Origin: Candidatus Bathyarchaeota archaeon
GTDB taxonomy: Archaea; Thermoproteota; Bathyarchaeia; Bathyarchaeales; Bathycorpusculaceae
Reading direction: 5' to 3'
Assembly (NCBI GenBank): GCA_963806535.1
Contig: CAWDYC010000005.1
Location: forward strand, 224,001-288,000
DNA length: 64,000 nucleotides
Every line of letters starts with the position of its first letter. Position 1 is the stretch's first letter. Below the pieces are notes generated by a model. That model was not told the origin of the DNA, did not search any database, and saw nothing but the letters and a program-made list of their open reading frames with translations. The translations under genes and the position numbers were made by a program. This document shows positions 1 through 11,215 of this stretch, one piece after another.

Positions 1-103
1 CAGGCGAAGCCTCTGCAAGTTTGTTCAGCTCTATTTGAACTGGGCAATTGACGTCTTTGCAAAATTCTCGTCGTTTATATTCTACGTATCCATCAGGTGT
101 CAT
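1..103 (-). CDS. partial small Cys-containing hypothetical protein (runs off window edge)
   Basis: Manual translation MTPDGYVEYKRREFCKDVNCPVQIELNKLAEASP..., ATG at 103; not in ORF track. Confidence 0.6.
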   Translation of the reverse strand, partial: MTPDGYVEYKRREFCKDVNCPVQIELNKLAEASP

Positions 104-197
104 TTTAATCGCCGCTTACTTTATGTTTTAGCTTAATAAGCATTTTTTAGACAAAGCACCATGTGCTTTTAAGGAGCTTTTTCAATCTGTTGCTTGT

Positions 198-827
198 ATG
201 CCCAAGCTGTATCTACTAGGCGGAGAAAACGTCTTCAGAAGAAGTTCAATGGAAGTAAATGAGCAAGCTTTCAAAGATGCAGGAGAACCTCTCGCTATTC
301 TTGTTTTTTCTTGGGCACGAGCATCATTCGACAACTCTTATAAAAAAAGAAAAACGACAGTTGATTACTTTAGAAACCTAGGTGCTAACACAATTACCTT
401 TGCAGACTACTCCGATTCAAACAAAACGCTTAACGAAAAAATGGCTAATTCAAACTTGATCTATTTAACGGGTGGGCAAACATCAGTTCTTATTGAACGA
501 TTAAGAAAGATGGATGTTGACCGCCTAATACATAATTATAGCGGAACCATCGTGGGACGAAGTGCAGGAGCATTAGCGCTTTGTCGAAAATGTATAATTA
601 CTTGTCGCAGCAATTCGAAATCCAAAATTATCAATGGTCTTGGTTTGGCAGACCTAACTCTTAAAGTCCACTATAAACCCGAAAAAGACTTAGTGCTTGA
701 ACAGTTATCAAAGCAAGGAAAAATTTACGCCGTACCTATGGGTTCAGCGCTTATTTACAAAGATGGCGTTTGCTCGTCCATTGGAGACATGTATCTATTT
801 GAAAATGGAAAAAAGGTCAGGTTATAG
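198..827 (+). CDS. peptidase E / S51-family (type 1 glutamine amidotransferase-like) protein
   Basis: LIYLTGGQT, GRSAGA nucleophile elbow, GLGL..VHY motifs. Confidence 0.8.
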   Translation: MPKLYLLGGENVFRRSSMEVNEQAFKDAGEPLAILVFSWARASFDNSYKKRKTTVDYFRNLGANTITFADYSDSNKTLNEKMANSNLIYLTGGQTSVLIERLRKMDVDRLIHNYSGTIVGRSAGALALCRKCIITCRSNSKSKIINGLGLADLTLKVHYKPEKDLVLEQLSKQGKIYAVPMGSALIYKDGVCSSIGDMYLFENGKKVRL

Positions 828-835
828 CCTTTCGC

Positions 836-1108
836 TCAATTTTTCTTTGAATAAGCCGCCAAAACAACTGTTACTAGAGCAAGAACCAAGAGTATCGCAC
901 CAAAGATAAAAAGTGGAATCTTAAATGCTGGCTCCGAATGCAAAACCGTTGTTTGAGGAGTATAAAATAATCCACCCAAGTAAGCAGCCAAGAAAATACC
1001 GACAAACACAGCGCCTACCCCTTCAATAACAAACAAGAATTTAGTCAGTTTATTATCGTTCATCATAGACAAGAACGCCTCTGTTACATTAATAATAAAT
1101 AAGTTCAA
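836..1108 (-). CDS. small two-TM membrane protein
   Basis: Two hydrophobic segments and basic C-terminus; real start probably MMNDNK. Confidence 0.6.
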   Translation of the reverse strand: MNLFIINVTEAFLSMMNDNKLTKFLFVIEGVGAVFVGIFLAAYLGGLFYTPQTTVLHSEPAFKIPLFIFGAILLVLALVTVVLAAYSKKN

Positions 1109-1200
1109 TATTTAAGCTAAATAGTTAGATGAGCCTGCTACCACAAGTATAATATATCTACATAGAGAATTTATTATCAATTGATTCACGGAAGATTTTT

Positions 1201-2184
1201 ATGGCGCCGCAAAAAGTTACTCCGTTAAAAGTAGGCTTGCTCATAGTTGCATTTGCATATTTCTTATTTAACGCACACAGCCTATTCAATCTAAATTGGG
1301 TCGGTGAATGGAACCGCTTTACTAACATCTCTGCATCAGCTAGATTTGACGTTTACATAACAGACGTTTCAGCTTTTGCAGGTATAGTTCCTCGGTTTAT
1401 CGCTGGCATAATCGCCATAAGCTCAGTCATATACTATATGGTGAAGGGAACGCCTTCAATAAACAGAATTTTCAACATTTTGAAAGCCATTTTAGTTTTA
1501 GAAGCAATCTACTGGTTTGGATTAGTTACGACGGCGGCGGTGGAAATTCGCAGCTTAATACAGGGTCCGCTTCAGCCGTCAATAATCAATGCGCTAGCCT
1601 CCGTGATGTCTGGAGCCCTTCCTAACTTGGTTGAGTCAGTAGTGCTCCCCATCGTTCTATTAATTTTAGCTTTCAAGCTGAACCCAAACAAACCCTCTTC
1701 CGCTATAAAATGGGCGTTAATATCTGGGACACTTTTAGTTTTCGTGTTTTGGCTAACAAACATGAGTATCTGGATTGAGATGATTCAGGTATATGGAACA
1801 AGCGCCCTCACCAACTACACTGTGAATACGGTCAGTTTCATCTTGACAGTTTTTGGGTTGCTAGCGCTGGCGCTTTCTCTAGCAGGGTTCACCATAGCTT
1901 CTGTCAGAAAAAAAATGCAGCCCACGCTAAACCTCAGGATTGCAGGGGCAATTATTACAGCGTTTGGACTGTATTTTCTCTGGGAATATTTATCATGGAT
2001 CTTCTTTGGCGGTGACTACCTCTGGAGCGACTGGTACGCATGGTTCCTAGGGCATAACTTAGACTTATGGCTACTTTCACTTCCAATGCTTGGCCTACCA
2101 TTGCTTTTCACAAATAAGAGATCTCCAAGAAAATCTTCCTTCATGACTCGTAAGCTTAATCAAACATGCTTCGATAAAGTTTAA
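1201..2184 (+). CDS. polytopic membrane protein, unknown function
   Basis: 327 aa with about 8 hydrophobic helices. Confidence 0.7.
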   Translation: MAPQKVTPLKVGLLIVAFAYFLFNAHSLFNLNWVGEWNRFTNISASARFDVYITDVSAFAGIVPRFIAGIIAISSVIYYMVKGTPSINRIFNILKAILVLEAIYWFGLVTTAAVEIRSLIQGPLQPSIINALASVMSGALPNLVESVVLPIVLLILAFKLNPNKPSSAIKWALISGTLLVFVFWLTNMSIWIEMIQVYGTSALTNYTVNTVSFILTVFGLLALALSLAGFTIASVRKKMQPTLNLRIAGAIITAFGLYFLWEYLSWIFFGGDYLWSDWYAWFLGHNLDLWLLSLPMLGLPLLFTNKRSPRKSSFMTRKLNQTCFDKV

Positions 2185-2220
2185 GAGTTTCTTCAAACTA
2201 TTTTTGATTGGTTATTTTCA

Positions 2221-2999
2221 TTGCAAAAAATCTTGTTTTTAGCCTTAATGATTTTAGGTATACTGCTTCTTTGGATCTTTTAGCGTTGCTTTTGGTGAAA
2301 TGATGTCTTCACACAGTTGGAGTGGCAAACGGCGATGTTTTTCGCTACAGCTATACCTGCTACTTTAATTCAAATGACCCCCACGCCGTTCCTCCAACTG
2401 CATTTTCCTGGATAAACCAGACAAATTATTTCATGATTAATGTCACTGGAGTTTCTGATTCATCAGTTAATTTTAACACGATGTTGCTTGGATTGAATGG
2501 TTCAAGCAGTTTTGGCGTCTGCAGCATGAATGTTGGGACTGGAATGGCTTCAATTTCTGGATATGCAGGTCCTACTGATGCGAGCAACTTCTACTTCATG
2601 GCACGTAATGTTGGAATGATGGGAAGGATGTTTCCGTCATCCCTTACTGAGTCCAACTATAAACGGTACCCTTATGATGAATTATGGTGGCAGTCCCGAT
2701 TGACCAATTATCTAACCACAAGCACAAATCAAAACGGTGTTACGGTTAATTCTGATTATTATTTTGACCAAGCCACAGGCATGATGGTACAATGGCGTCA
2801 AGAAGCTATTCAGACCAGCGGAAATTTTCAAACTAACAGTACTCAGATGATGAAAATATCATCATCTTCGGTTTGGGTTATACCTGAGTTTCCAACTTCT
2901 TTAATAATTCTATCTTTCATTGCTATTACAACTGTCTCAGCGTTAATTGTGTCAGCCAGAGCCAAATTCAAAAAGGCTTACCCCTTTAAGGTGTTTTGA
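2221..2999 (+). CDS. secreted surface protein with PEF-CTERM-like sorting signal (frameshifted)
   Basis: C-terminal VIPEFP + TM helix + basic tail; signal-peptide-like segment upstream of 2322 in another frame; many N-x-S/T sequons. Confidence 0.65.
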
Positions 3000-3000
3000 C

Positions 3001-3340
3001 TTGAATGAGAAAAAAAGTAAAACCGAAAATAGTCATGATGAATGTGTTAGGGCTGTTGCCGATGAATTAAAACGTGATAATTGGACAGTTAAAGCGGATT
3101 TGGAGGGTTACGAGAAGCCAACCGAAATAGGCAAGGGATACCTTCCAGATATTAAAGCAGAAAAGAAAGGCTGTTTAACACGTATTTGTGAAGTGGCAAC
3201 CCCTGAAATGTTTGAAGGCAACAAGGCAACGGTACATTGAGTTTAAGAATTACTGCGATGAATATGACTTTCACTTTTACGTTGTGGATAAGGATGGTAA
3301 GCGTAAGCAGATTGATCCTGAAACATTTGGAAAGAAATAA
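3001..3340 (+). CDS. small hypothetical protein, possible PD-(D/E)XK-like fold (one frameshift near 3228)
   Basis: TTG start, PDIKAEKKGCLTRICEVAT, continuing in shifted frame RYIEFKNYCDEYDFHFYVVDKDGKRKQIDPETFGKK*. Confidence 0.55.
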
Positions 3341-3486
3341 TAAGAAAATAGAATATGCTTTTGAATTTTCTCTTACATGAAAAAGCTGAAGCCTTTTTCC
3401 TGCTTCTGACCATTTTTGTAGCGATTACATCTTTACTATTGACAACTTTTAAAAGCACAAAAACGACAAAACAATGTGACCCAACA

Positions 3487-4158
3487 ATGAAGAAATCTAT
3501 CTTCCTTGTAATCGCTTTAATCACACTCATGGCGCCAACATTATTTGCTTCAGCTTCAGCTGAAGGCACGGTTCGCGTAAAAGAAGGTGACTGGATAAAA
3601 TATCAGGTAACAGAAACAGGCAATCCAACTTCCGACTACAACATAACTTGGGCAAGAATGGATATAACTGGCGTTCAAGGAGAAACCATAAACATCAATG
3701 TTGTAACGGCATATGCAAACGGAACCATTTATCCGGAAAATGGGATAACCCTCAACTTAGCGACTGGCGCCATAGGAGACGGCTTCTTTATACCTACAAA
3801 TCTGAATCCAGGCGATAAATACAACAGTGAATACGAAGGCAACATAACAATAACCGGTGTTGAGCAACTCGAAGCTGGAGGCGCCGAACGGACCGTTCTT
3901 TCAGGCGTTGCAAACCAGACCACTTATTATTGGGATAAGCAAACAGGCATTATGGTTGCTGCTACGTCAAACTTTAATGGATTTTCGTTGTTTACAAGAA
4001 CAAGTGAAACCAACCTATGGCAACCACAAATTCTAGGCTTAGATTCAACCGTATTTTATGTGCTAATAATCGCTATTAGTAATCATTTTAGTCGCTGTAA
4101 CAGCAATTTCGGGTTGGCGACTAAAGTTATATTCGAAAAACAAAACAAAAATGAATAG
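3487..4158 (+). CDS. secreted/membrane-anchored protein (C-terminal TM probably frameshifted)
   Basis: Signal peptide MKKSIFLVIAL; VKEGDWIKY and YYWDKQTGIMV resemble the 2221-2999 protein (VANGDVFRY, YYFDQATGMMV). Confidence 0.7.
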   Translation: MKKSIFLVIALITLMAPTLFASASAEGTVRVKEGDWIKYQVTETGNPTSDYNITWARMDITGVQGETININVVTAYANGTIYPENGITLNLATGAIGDGFFIPTNLNPGDKYNSEYEGNITITGVEQLEAGGAERTVLSGVANQTTYYWDKQTGIMVAATSNFNGFSLFTRTSETNLWQPQILGLDSTVFYVLIIAISNHFSRCNSNFGLATKVIFEKQNKNE

Positions 4159-4239
4159 CTTCAAGTAGGCAATTTAGCGAGCAAAAAGATGCTTTGATAT
4201 TATGCCAAAGCTTATAGGCAGCCTACTAGATAGCCAAGA

Positions 4240-5591
4240 ATGAACGAAAATTGTTTAAACCAAAAAGAAAAATTTTTGGTGCTTCGATAATCTTTTGTTT
4301 GCTTGTTGCAGCACTATTTCTGCTTATTCTTTGCTGTTTCTCAGCTTATGCTGCTGCTTCTTCTACTCAACCGGTATCTGACAAGCGGAAACATCGTTGT
4401 CATAGCCGATTTTAATGTTCAGGTAGATCCTGGTTCAGTTGCTTTCATGTCCCGTGTTGTATCAACTGCACAGAGCCAAAATGCAGCCGCCATAGTTATA
4501 GAAATGAATACGCCTGGCGGAAGCCTCAATGATATGCTCTCCATAATATCCTCTATTACAGCAGCAAATCAATCGAGCATTCCAATCTACACATTTATTG
4601 TGCCAAACGGCTTAGGTGCTTCTGCTGGCAGCTACATAGCCATGGCGACAAACAGAATTCTTATGGCTCCCGGTTCAATAATTGGTCCAAGCACACCATA
4701 CATAATCGGTGGCACAGCGTCTGGAGCAAAATCACACCCAAGCTGCCATGCTTAGTTTGCTAACAAGTCTTGCTGAGAATTGGGGACGCAACACTACTGC
4801 AGTTTATGGTATGGTTCAATCTAATCAAGCATTTACAGCCAATCAGGCAGTAGCTATCCACGTCGCAGACGGCTCAGCAAATTCACTATCTGATGCACTT
4901 AACCAACTGGGCTTATCAGGAAATCCTCAGGTGACATTTAAGTGAAGACTTATACGAGCAAATAATTAGCGCTTTGAGCAATGCTACTTTGGACGGCATT
5001 CTTTTTCTCGTAGGAGTTATCGCAATTGTGCTGGATATTTATCACCCAACAATAGTGCTCACAATCCTAGGTGTTATCGCTATTGTTGCCGGCTTGGTTG
5101 GAGCAGAAATAATTGGCGCCTCTCTGCTTGGCATCGTCATATTGGTTATAGCGGCGGCGTTGATTGTCGCGGAGTTAAAGCTTGGACATGGGTTTGCACT
5201 TATGGCGGGGGTAGTGCTTGGTGCTTTTGGCATTTATTATCTTTCGTTAGGACTGCAGTATTCACCGTCGCCGATTACTGAGCTTGTGGAAATTGAACTT
5301 GGTTTACTGGTGGTTTTTGGAGTAATTATTGGCTTATACATCAGATGGGTGATTGGACCAATTAGGCGACGCTCTAAACTTACAGGTCCCGAAGCAATGA
5401 TTGGCAAAGTAGGAGTAGCAATTACTGATCTTAACCCTAAAGGAGAAGTCAGAGTAGAAGGGGAAATCTGGAGGGCTGAATCGTTATCTGGAGACATAGC
5501 GAAAGGCGAGCAAGTGAGCGTTAAGGCTTTGAAGGGTTTGGTTGTTATGGTTGAAAAAGTTCAAACAATCAAACGATTCATCTATGAATAA
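4240..5591 (+). CDS. nfeD: NfeD-family membrane-bound ClpP-class serine protease (split by frameshifts)
   Basis: EMNTPGG and ASAGSYI protease motifs (4303-4755), middle fragment 4709-4945, TM region plus C-terminal OB domain LNPKGEVRVEGEIWRAES; start approximate. Confidence 0.85.
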
Positions 5592-5781
5592 CCAGCACTA
5601 ACAGAACAAAATGTGATGTGCTTTGGCGTTGTTTTTTGAAAATGTTAATAAATCTAAAAATCGGCTTTTATTTATGGGCAAGCAAATAATATTTCTGGAG
5701 AAACGCGTGTAACGGTTTCGACTTCAAACTCTATAAGAACTACTAATTTCTTGGAGAAAGAAGATAGAACAAACAAAATAC

Positions 5782-6756
5782 TTGATTTTTGTTATCGTTG
5801 CGATTGGTGTGCTTATTCGGGTTATTTCAATTCCTTTATTCGCAAATGCACCTTACAATCCAGTGGATGTCTACTATGTAGATAATCAAGCTGCAAAACT
5901 AATTCTGGATTTTCAAAATCCGTATTCTCAAAATCTTATTGCCCACGGATATGCACTAAATATGTTTGCTTATCTTCCTATGGTGCCAATATATTATGCT
6001 CCTTTTTACCTTTTAGGAGACATTCGACTTGGCAGCATCTTTGCAGATATTCTCATAATGTTTTCACTGTATTTTATTGCCAAATCCATCAATCGTGGAG
6101 CAGCATTTTTCGCACCGTTAGCGTATGCTATTCTTCCTTTTTCTATCTGGTTAACAAGCGTCGCCTCAACAAATATCATGATTGGAACATCTTTTCTAGC
6201 TGTTTCTACAGCGGCATTACTTAGGAAAAAACATTTAGCAGCAGCAATATTCCTCGGTTTGGCACTGGCAACAAATCAATTAGTTTTTCTCGCACTTCCA
6301 CTGTTTTTTATCTATTTTTGGAGAGAACGTAAAATCTTGTATTTTTTGGGTTCTTTACTAGTTACTGCTGGAATAGTTCTTCCATTTTTGTTGCAAGACA
6401 CTTTTCGCTTCATATATGATGTTATCTTGTTTCAATTTCAGAGACCACTTCAAATCAACGGAATTTTTAGCCTTTACAGCCTGATCAATACCACTACAGG
6501 GCTATCATTAACATCTTGGATTAGAGTGGCGCTGTTTTTTGCTGCAACTTTGATTGCGGTAATATGTCTTAGACGAAAAACACTTTTACTAGTTCCATTA
6601 ATTGGGACGTTGCTGTTTTTAGGGGCTTTCATTCTTCCTGTGAATGGTTTCTGGAACTACTTCTTACCTGGAGCTACTTTCCTTATCGCTGGAATACCTT
6701 ATGTTATTGACGAAATAACCATTAAAATAGAAAGGTCAACTCAACCGCAGGGTTAA
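5782..6756 (+). CDS. GT-C fold membrane glycosyltransferase (GT87-like)
   Basis: D..YV, NPY, FAYLP motifs followed by many TM helices. Confidence 0.6.
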   Translation: MIFVIVAIGVLIRVISIPLFANAPYNPVDVYYVDNQAAKLILDFQNPYSQNLIAHGYALNMFAYLPMVPIYYAPFYLLGDIRLGSIFADILIMFSLYFIAKSINRGAAFFAPLAYAILPFSIWLTSVASTNIMIGTSFLAVSTAALLRKKHLAAAIFLGLALATNQLVFLALPLFFIYFWRERKILYFLGSLLVTAGIVLPFLLQDTFRFIYDVILFQFQRPLQINGIFSLYSLINTTTGLSLTSWIRVALFFAATLIAVICLRRKTLLLVPLIGTLLFLGAFILPVNGFWNYFLPGATFLIAGIPYVIDEITIKIERSTQPQG

Positions 6757-6817
6757 TAATGAATGACACACATATTTTATTTTAATCACTTCTAGAGTTT
6801 CAGAAGGCTACATTGTA

Positions 6818-8269
6818 TTGTCTGTTTCCTACAAAATTGACACTGAAGTTCCTCCCAGCTACTTCGAAAAACTATTTGACTTCATTTACAAGCAATATTT
6901 GGTTTCGCAGAAGCAACGGTTCACAAGCATCTCCCAAGAAATAACACCGAATAGTAACCGCTTATCCTATGATGTCCTTGATGCTCAGGGAAAACGAATC
7001 TTGCAAGTGAAAATAGCGGGAACTGATTCTGTAAACGTGACCATAACACCTCTTGATTCGCAGGTGCCCGATTCTGTTATAGCTGAAGCCAGACAGGATG
7101 TTGTTATTGCTACTCAGATGTTTGAGGAAAAAGCCCGTAATGTAACATGGTACTTTGCTTGGCAAGAAGGAGAAAAAATTGTTCCTGAAAAGGTGAGGCT
7201 TCACGAAAAAAGTTTTCAACGTATCTTTCTGGAAACTCAAGTTCTTCTCTCATTCGTATTTATAGTAATGGGTTTGGGTTTATTCTTCGTTGTTACCACT
7301 CTTTACCCCCAGTATTTCTGGACTGTTCCAATAATCTTAATCGCCTCTCAATCTGTTTTCGTTTTTTACTCCGACAAAATAATTGCTCGTTCAGGCGACT
7401 GGACAATTACCAAAGACAACCCTTCAATACATTTCTTGGAGTATAAGCCGCCAATTGGCTCACTGGGCACGTTGGATGATTACAAACAAATCCCCCCCGA
7501 GCAACTGGTAGCAATCAAAAACGAAGTCTACGAAGAAATAAAAGCTAAACACGGCGAAATCGATTGCACTGAAGCCGAAGGCGTCTTCTCCAAATACAAC
7601 GTTTCTTGTCGGCAAGGCAGCTTGTCAGCCAAAAAAATCAACGTATACGAACTGGTAAAGAAGGTCGCTGACCGCTTCGGCTACAAAGTGCCTAAAATCG
7701 TTGTTTCCAACACGATGGTTCCTAACGCCGCTGCGTCAGGTCCCTCTCCCAGCCGAGGCATAGTTCTCATAACTACAGGCTTGCTTGTGCAACTCGACGA
7801 ACCTGAGGTTGAAAGTGTTTTAGGACACGAATTCGGTCACCTCAAAGGCAGAGACCCGCTCATCCTCTTTGGTCTTTTAAGCGCTGAATTCATATTTCGA
7901 TTCTACGTTTTGCTTGCCTTATTCCCTGCAATATTTCTGTCTTTACTGTTCTTTGTCTACTTCTTTGCAGTTATGACCCTGATTTTCTTCATTGCTAAAT
8001 TCTTCGAAGCTCGCGCTGACCTTACCTCAGGCATTATTATTGGGCATCCAAAAATCTTGGCGAACTCTTTAGAAAAAATCGGTTTCCGCCGCCTGTTATT
8101 CGAACGTACACCAAGTTTCCGTTTTCAAGAATGGCTTGGACTAGACAGTCACCCTCCTATTTACTGGCGGGTAGAACGTCTGCGAAAACTGCCTGAACCC
8201 GTACAAGTCAAGCATCCACTTATCCAATCCATTAAAGAAGTGCTCAGTGGATTCCGCTCAACCCTCTGA
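6818..8269 (+). CDS. htpX: M48 (HtpX-like) zinc metalloprotease with N-terminal extension
   Basis: PNAAA, HEFGH, EARAD and SHPP..WRV motifs. Confidence 0.85.
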   Translation: MSVSYKIDTEVPPSYFEKLFDFIYKQYLVSQKQRFTSISQEITPNSNRLSYDVLDAQGKRILQVKIAGTDSVNVTITPLDSQVPDSVIAEARQDVVIATQMFEEKARNVTWYFAWQEGEKIVPEKVRLHEKSFQRIFLETQVLLSFVFIVMGLGLFFVVTTLYPQYFWTVPIILIASQSVFVFYSDKIIARSGDWTITKDNPSIHFLEYKPPIGSLGTLDDYKQIPPEQLVAIKNEVYEEIKAKHGEIDCTEAEGVFSKYNVSCRQGSLSAKKINVYELVKKVADRFGYKVPKIVVSNTMVPNAAASGPSPSRGIVLITTGLLVQLDEPEVESVLGHEFGHLKGRDPLILFGLLSAEFIFRFYVLLALFPAIFLSLLFFVYFFAVMTLIFFIAKFFEARADLTSGIIIGHPKILANSLEKIGFRRLLFERTPSFRFQEWLGLDSHPPIYWRVERLRKLPEPVQVKHPLIQSIKEVLSGFRSTL

Positions 8270-8302
8270 GTCAACGGTTGCAATGTTTGATTCCGAAAAT
8301 AC

Positions 8303-8378
8303 TGGTAGCCCGGGAGAGATTCGAACTCTCGTCGGAGGGTCCAAAGCCCTCTATGCTTGACCACTACACCACCGGGCT
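8303..8378 (-). tRNA. tRNA-Gln (anticodon TTG), CCA encoded
   Basis: Reverse complement AGCCCGGTGGTGTAGTGGTCAAGCATAGAGGGCTTTGGACCCTCCGACGAGAGTTCGAATCTCTCCCGGGCTACCA folds into a cloverleaf with no intron. Confidence 0.95.
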
Positions 8379-8724
8379 TCGACAGTTTTTTTTTGACTTG
8401 ATGCTAAATCTAAGGACAATTTTTTTCCTAATAAGCGTTCTTACAGCCAACATAATAATATCCATCTTAAAAACGAATGGCGAGCTTATTCAATCAATTT
8501 ATTTCTTCAAAATTGAGCATTTTAGGAATTATCATTAATAATAAAGAAAGATGCGATTGCAACGTCTCAATATGCCCCAATTTAGAATTTCTCGTGAGAT
8601 TCTTTTTGTGATTCTAATAATAGGTTTGCCCGCGCTTAAGCAATTTCTTATGTTTTTTCCCATTAGTCCATTTTGCTTGTAGTAGATAAATCGAATGTAT
8701 TGTGTGCAATAACTTTATTAAGAC

Positions 8725-8740
8725 CACAAACCTTAAATAA
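8725..8740 (+). promoter_or_regulatory. putative BRE/TATA promoter of tfb
   Basis: cacaaacCTTAAATAa about 100 nt upstream of the TTG start. Confidence 0.5.
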
Positions 8741-8842
8741 TAGTGACGTTCATCTGCTAAGAATGCGCGGGCCGAATGTACTATTTCTAGCCCAATATGG
8801 ACATGGTGACGGTTCTACGCATGTTGAAACGGAGAGAAAAAA

Positions 8843-9781
8843 TTGAGCAAAAAAGAAGTTAAAACACAGGCACGCTTATCCGATAAATGCGCAGAATGCG
8901 GAAGCCAAAATTTAGTTCACGATTATGACACAGGAGAAACTGTATGCGGCGACTGTGGTTTGGTTTTATATGAGCAAATGATGGATAAAGGGCCAGAATG
9001 GCGTGCGTTTACTCAAGAAGAGAAAGCGTCGAGAAGCCGAGTTGGTGTTCCAACATCTTATTCAGTTCACGATAAAGGGTTATCTACGGCCATTAGCCAA
9101 GTTGACCGGGATGCGTTTGGAAGAAAACTACCCCTATCCACACGACTGCAGATGTGGCGTCTTAGGAAATGGCAAATACGCAGTAGAGTTCACTCATCAA
9201 TTGACCGCAATTTGGCTCAAGCTATGGCGGAACTTGACCGTCTTTCAGACAAAGTCTACATTCCTCCGCCAATCAAAGAGAAAGCCGCAGTCGTTTACCG
9301 TAAAGCCTTAGACAAGGGCCTAGTTCGGGGAAGATCAATCGCTGCAATCGCTGCTGCTGCGCTTTATGCTGCTTGCCGCGGAAGCGGAACACCTCGCACC
9401 TTACGGGAAATAGCTGAAGCCAGTCTCGTTGACAAGAAAGACGTTGCAAGATGTTATAGGCTACTGCTACGTGAGCTTGATGTTCATATGCCAATAGCTG
9501 ATCCGTTGACTTACGTATCAAAAATTGCAGAGAAAACCGGGATTTCAGGGAAAACTCAAGGTGCCGCCATCCAAATTCTCAGGGATGCAAGACGCAAACG
9601 TGCTGCCGCAGGAAAAGACCCTATGGGATTAGCCGCTGCAGCCCTCTACATTGCTTGTTTGCAAAATGGCGAGAAAAAAACACAGAAAGACATCGCAGAA
9701 GCTGCAGGCGTAACAGAAGTAACAGTGCGCAATCGCTACAAAACACTTAAAAAACAACTAAATCTTGAATTGCCTGATTAA
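8843..9781 (+). CDS. tfb: transcription initiation factor IIB
   Basis: N-terminal Zn ribbon, GPEWRAF, two cyclin repeats, TEVTVRNRY. Confidence 0.98.
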   Translation: MSKKEVKTQARLSDKCAECGSQNLVHDYDTGETVCGDCGLVLYEQMMDKGPEWRAFTQEEKASRSRVGVPTSYSVHDKGLSTAISQVDRDAFGRKLPLSTRLQMWRLRKWQIRSRVHSSIDRNLAQAMAELDRLSDKVYIPPPIKEKAAVVYRKALDKGLVRGRSIAAIAAAALYAACRGSGTPRTLREIAEASLVDKKDVARCYRLLLRELDVHMPIADPLTYVSKIAEKTGISGKTQGAAIQILRDARRKRAAAGKDPMGLAAAALYIACLQNGEKKTQKDIAEAAGVTEVTVRNRYKTLKKQLNLELPD

Positions 9782-10011
9782 GGCATCTCTTCTTTAGAAG
9801 TATTATTTTCTTCTTTTTCTTTTTCAAGCTCCATAACAACAATACCAATGTAGTGGCAATCCTCACAATAATATTGTTTAGGAGTTAACCAAATAGCTAA
9901 ACTGGTTGTTAGCCGAATCTTTGGGCTACAACATCTTGGACAAAAAATCTGTGTTGGTTTTTGATGTTTTGCTGCTTTGAATACTTCCCGTATGTCATCT
10001 ATTTTCTTCAT
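9778..10011 (-). CDS. small Zn-ribbon protein
   Basis: CPRC...YYCEDCHY; convergent with tfb, sharing TTAA. Confidence 0.7.
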   Translation of the reverse strand: MKKIDDIREVFKAAKHQKPTQIFCPRCCSPKIRLTTSLAIWLTPKQYYCEDCHYIGIVVMELEKEKEENNTSKEEMP

Positions 10012-10042
10012 GACGTATGCATCTCTATTTTTTGACTGCGGC

Positions 10043-10360
10043 TTATTGAACTTCGATGTTTTCTGTCGGATAACCCAATTTAATTAAGAAATCACGAACT
10101 CTGTCCCGATGATCTCCCTGCAACATAATTTGTCCGTTCTTGCTTGTTCCACCGCAAGCGCAATATGTCTTCAGTTTTTGTGCAATGCTTGCTAAATCGA
10201 TGTTTTTATCTTCCATGCCATCAATTACGGTGCTTGGTCTACCGAATTTTCGTGTTTCAAGTCTAACGCGTATACGCTGTTGCTCTTTCTCTATTTCTCC
10301 ACAAACGCATAAGTCCTTAGGAAGCCCACATGTTGAACAAACTTCAGCCATGACACTCAA
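10043..10360 (-). CDS. sui1: translation initiation factor aIF1/SUI1
   Basis: CGLPKDLCVC, CACGGTSK, IMLQGDHR. Confidence 0.95.
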   Translation of the reverse strand: MSVMAEVCSTCGLPKDLCVCGEIEKEQQRIRVRLETRKFGRPSTVIDGMEDKNIDLASIAQKLKTYCACGGTSKNGQIMLQGDHRDRVRDFLIKLGYPTENIEVQ

Positions 10361-10561
10361 CAGTCAATTATCATCTGAAATATATAAGAGTTTCAAATCC
10401 AAAATGGATTCATTCAATCGAATAAGATGTTCCTTAGACTGCGTAAATTGAATGCTATAGCTTTCACACTCCCTTTGGAAGTTGCTTTCTCTTTCCATTT
10501 GAGACCGTAATTATTTTATTGCTAAAGAAACCACATAGGATTCACAATAAAGCTTTAGAAG

Positions 10562-11176
10562 TTGAAGATTATGGAGAAAATTGACTTTAAAAAAGAATTA
10601 AAGAATCTCTACAATCCATCCGCCAAAGAAGTAGGCACTGTTAATGTTCCTGCAATGAATTTTCTATTGGTAAACGGCGAAGGTGCACCAACATCACCGC
10701 AATATGGCGAAGCTATTGGGGCGTTATTTAGTGTTGCTTATACGCTCAAATTTATGGTTAAGAAAAGTATTGGAATTGATTTTTCGGTTATGCCGCTCGA
10801 AGGATTGTGGTGGGTTGATGACATGACAAAGTTCAGTTCAGAACGAAAAGATGAATGGAAGTGGACAGCCATGATTATGCAGCCAAAATACGTTATTGAT
10901 AACGATGTTAAATTGGCGATTGAACAAGTAAAAAAGAAAAAGAGTCTGTCTGCATTGCCCAAAGTTCGATTCGAAAATTTCACTGAAGGGCCCGCTGCAC
11001 AAATAATGTATTTTGGACCTTTTTCGGCTGAAGGACCAACAATAACAAAAATACATGGCTACATCAAAAACAGTGGACACGAATTAACCGGCAAACACCA
11101 TGAAATCTACCTTAACAACCCTGCCACAACAGCGCCAGAAAAACTAAAAACCATCATAAGACAACCCATGAAGTAA
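10562..11176 (+). CDS. GyrI-like small-molecule-binding domain protein
   Basis: VMPLEGLWW, WKWTAMIMQP, HHEIYL, KLKTIIRQP. Confidence 0.85.
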   Translation: MKIMEKIDFKKELKNLYNPSAKEVGTVNVPAMNFLLVNGEGAPTSPQYGEAIGALFSVAYTLKFMVKKSIGIDFSVMPLEGLWWVDDMTKFSSERKDEWKWTAMIMQPKYVIDNDVKLAIEQVKKKKSLSALPKVRFENFTEGPAAQIMYFGPFSAEGPTITKIHGYIKNSGHELTGKHHEIYLNNPATTAPEKLKTIIRQPMK

Positions 11177-11215
11177 CCAGGGCCAGTTTGGTTATACCCT
11201 GCCGCTTCCTTCTCG

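Noticed and set aside
8270-8420. tRNA-Gln as an integration site for a mobile element
   Set aside because: No integrase and no duplicated tRNA 3' end seen; flanks are housekeeping genes
8161-8538. ORFs 8161-8364 and 8278-8538
   Set aside because: They overlap the tRNA-Gln gene and htpX
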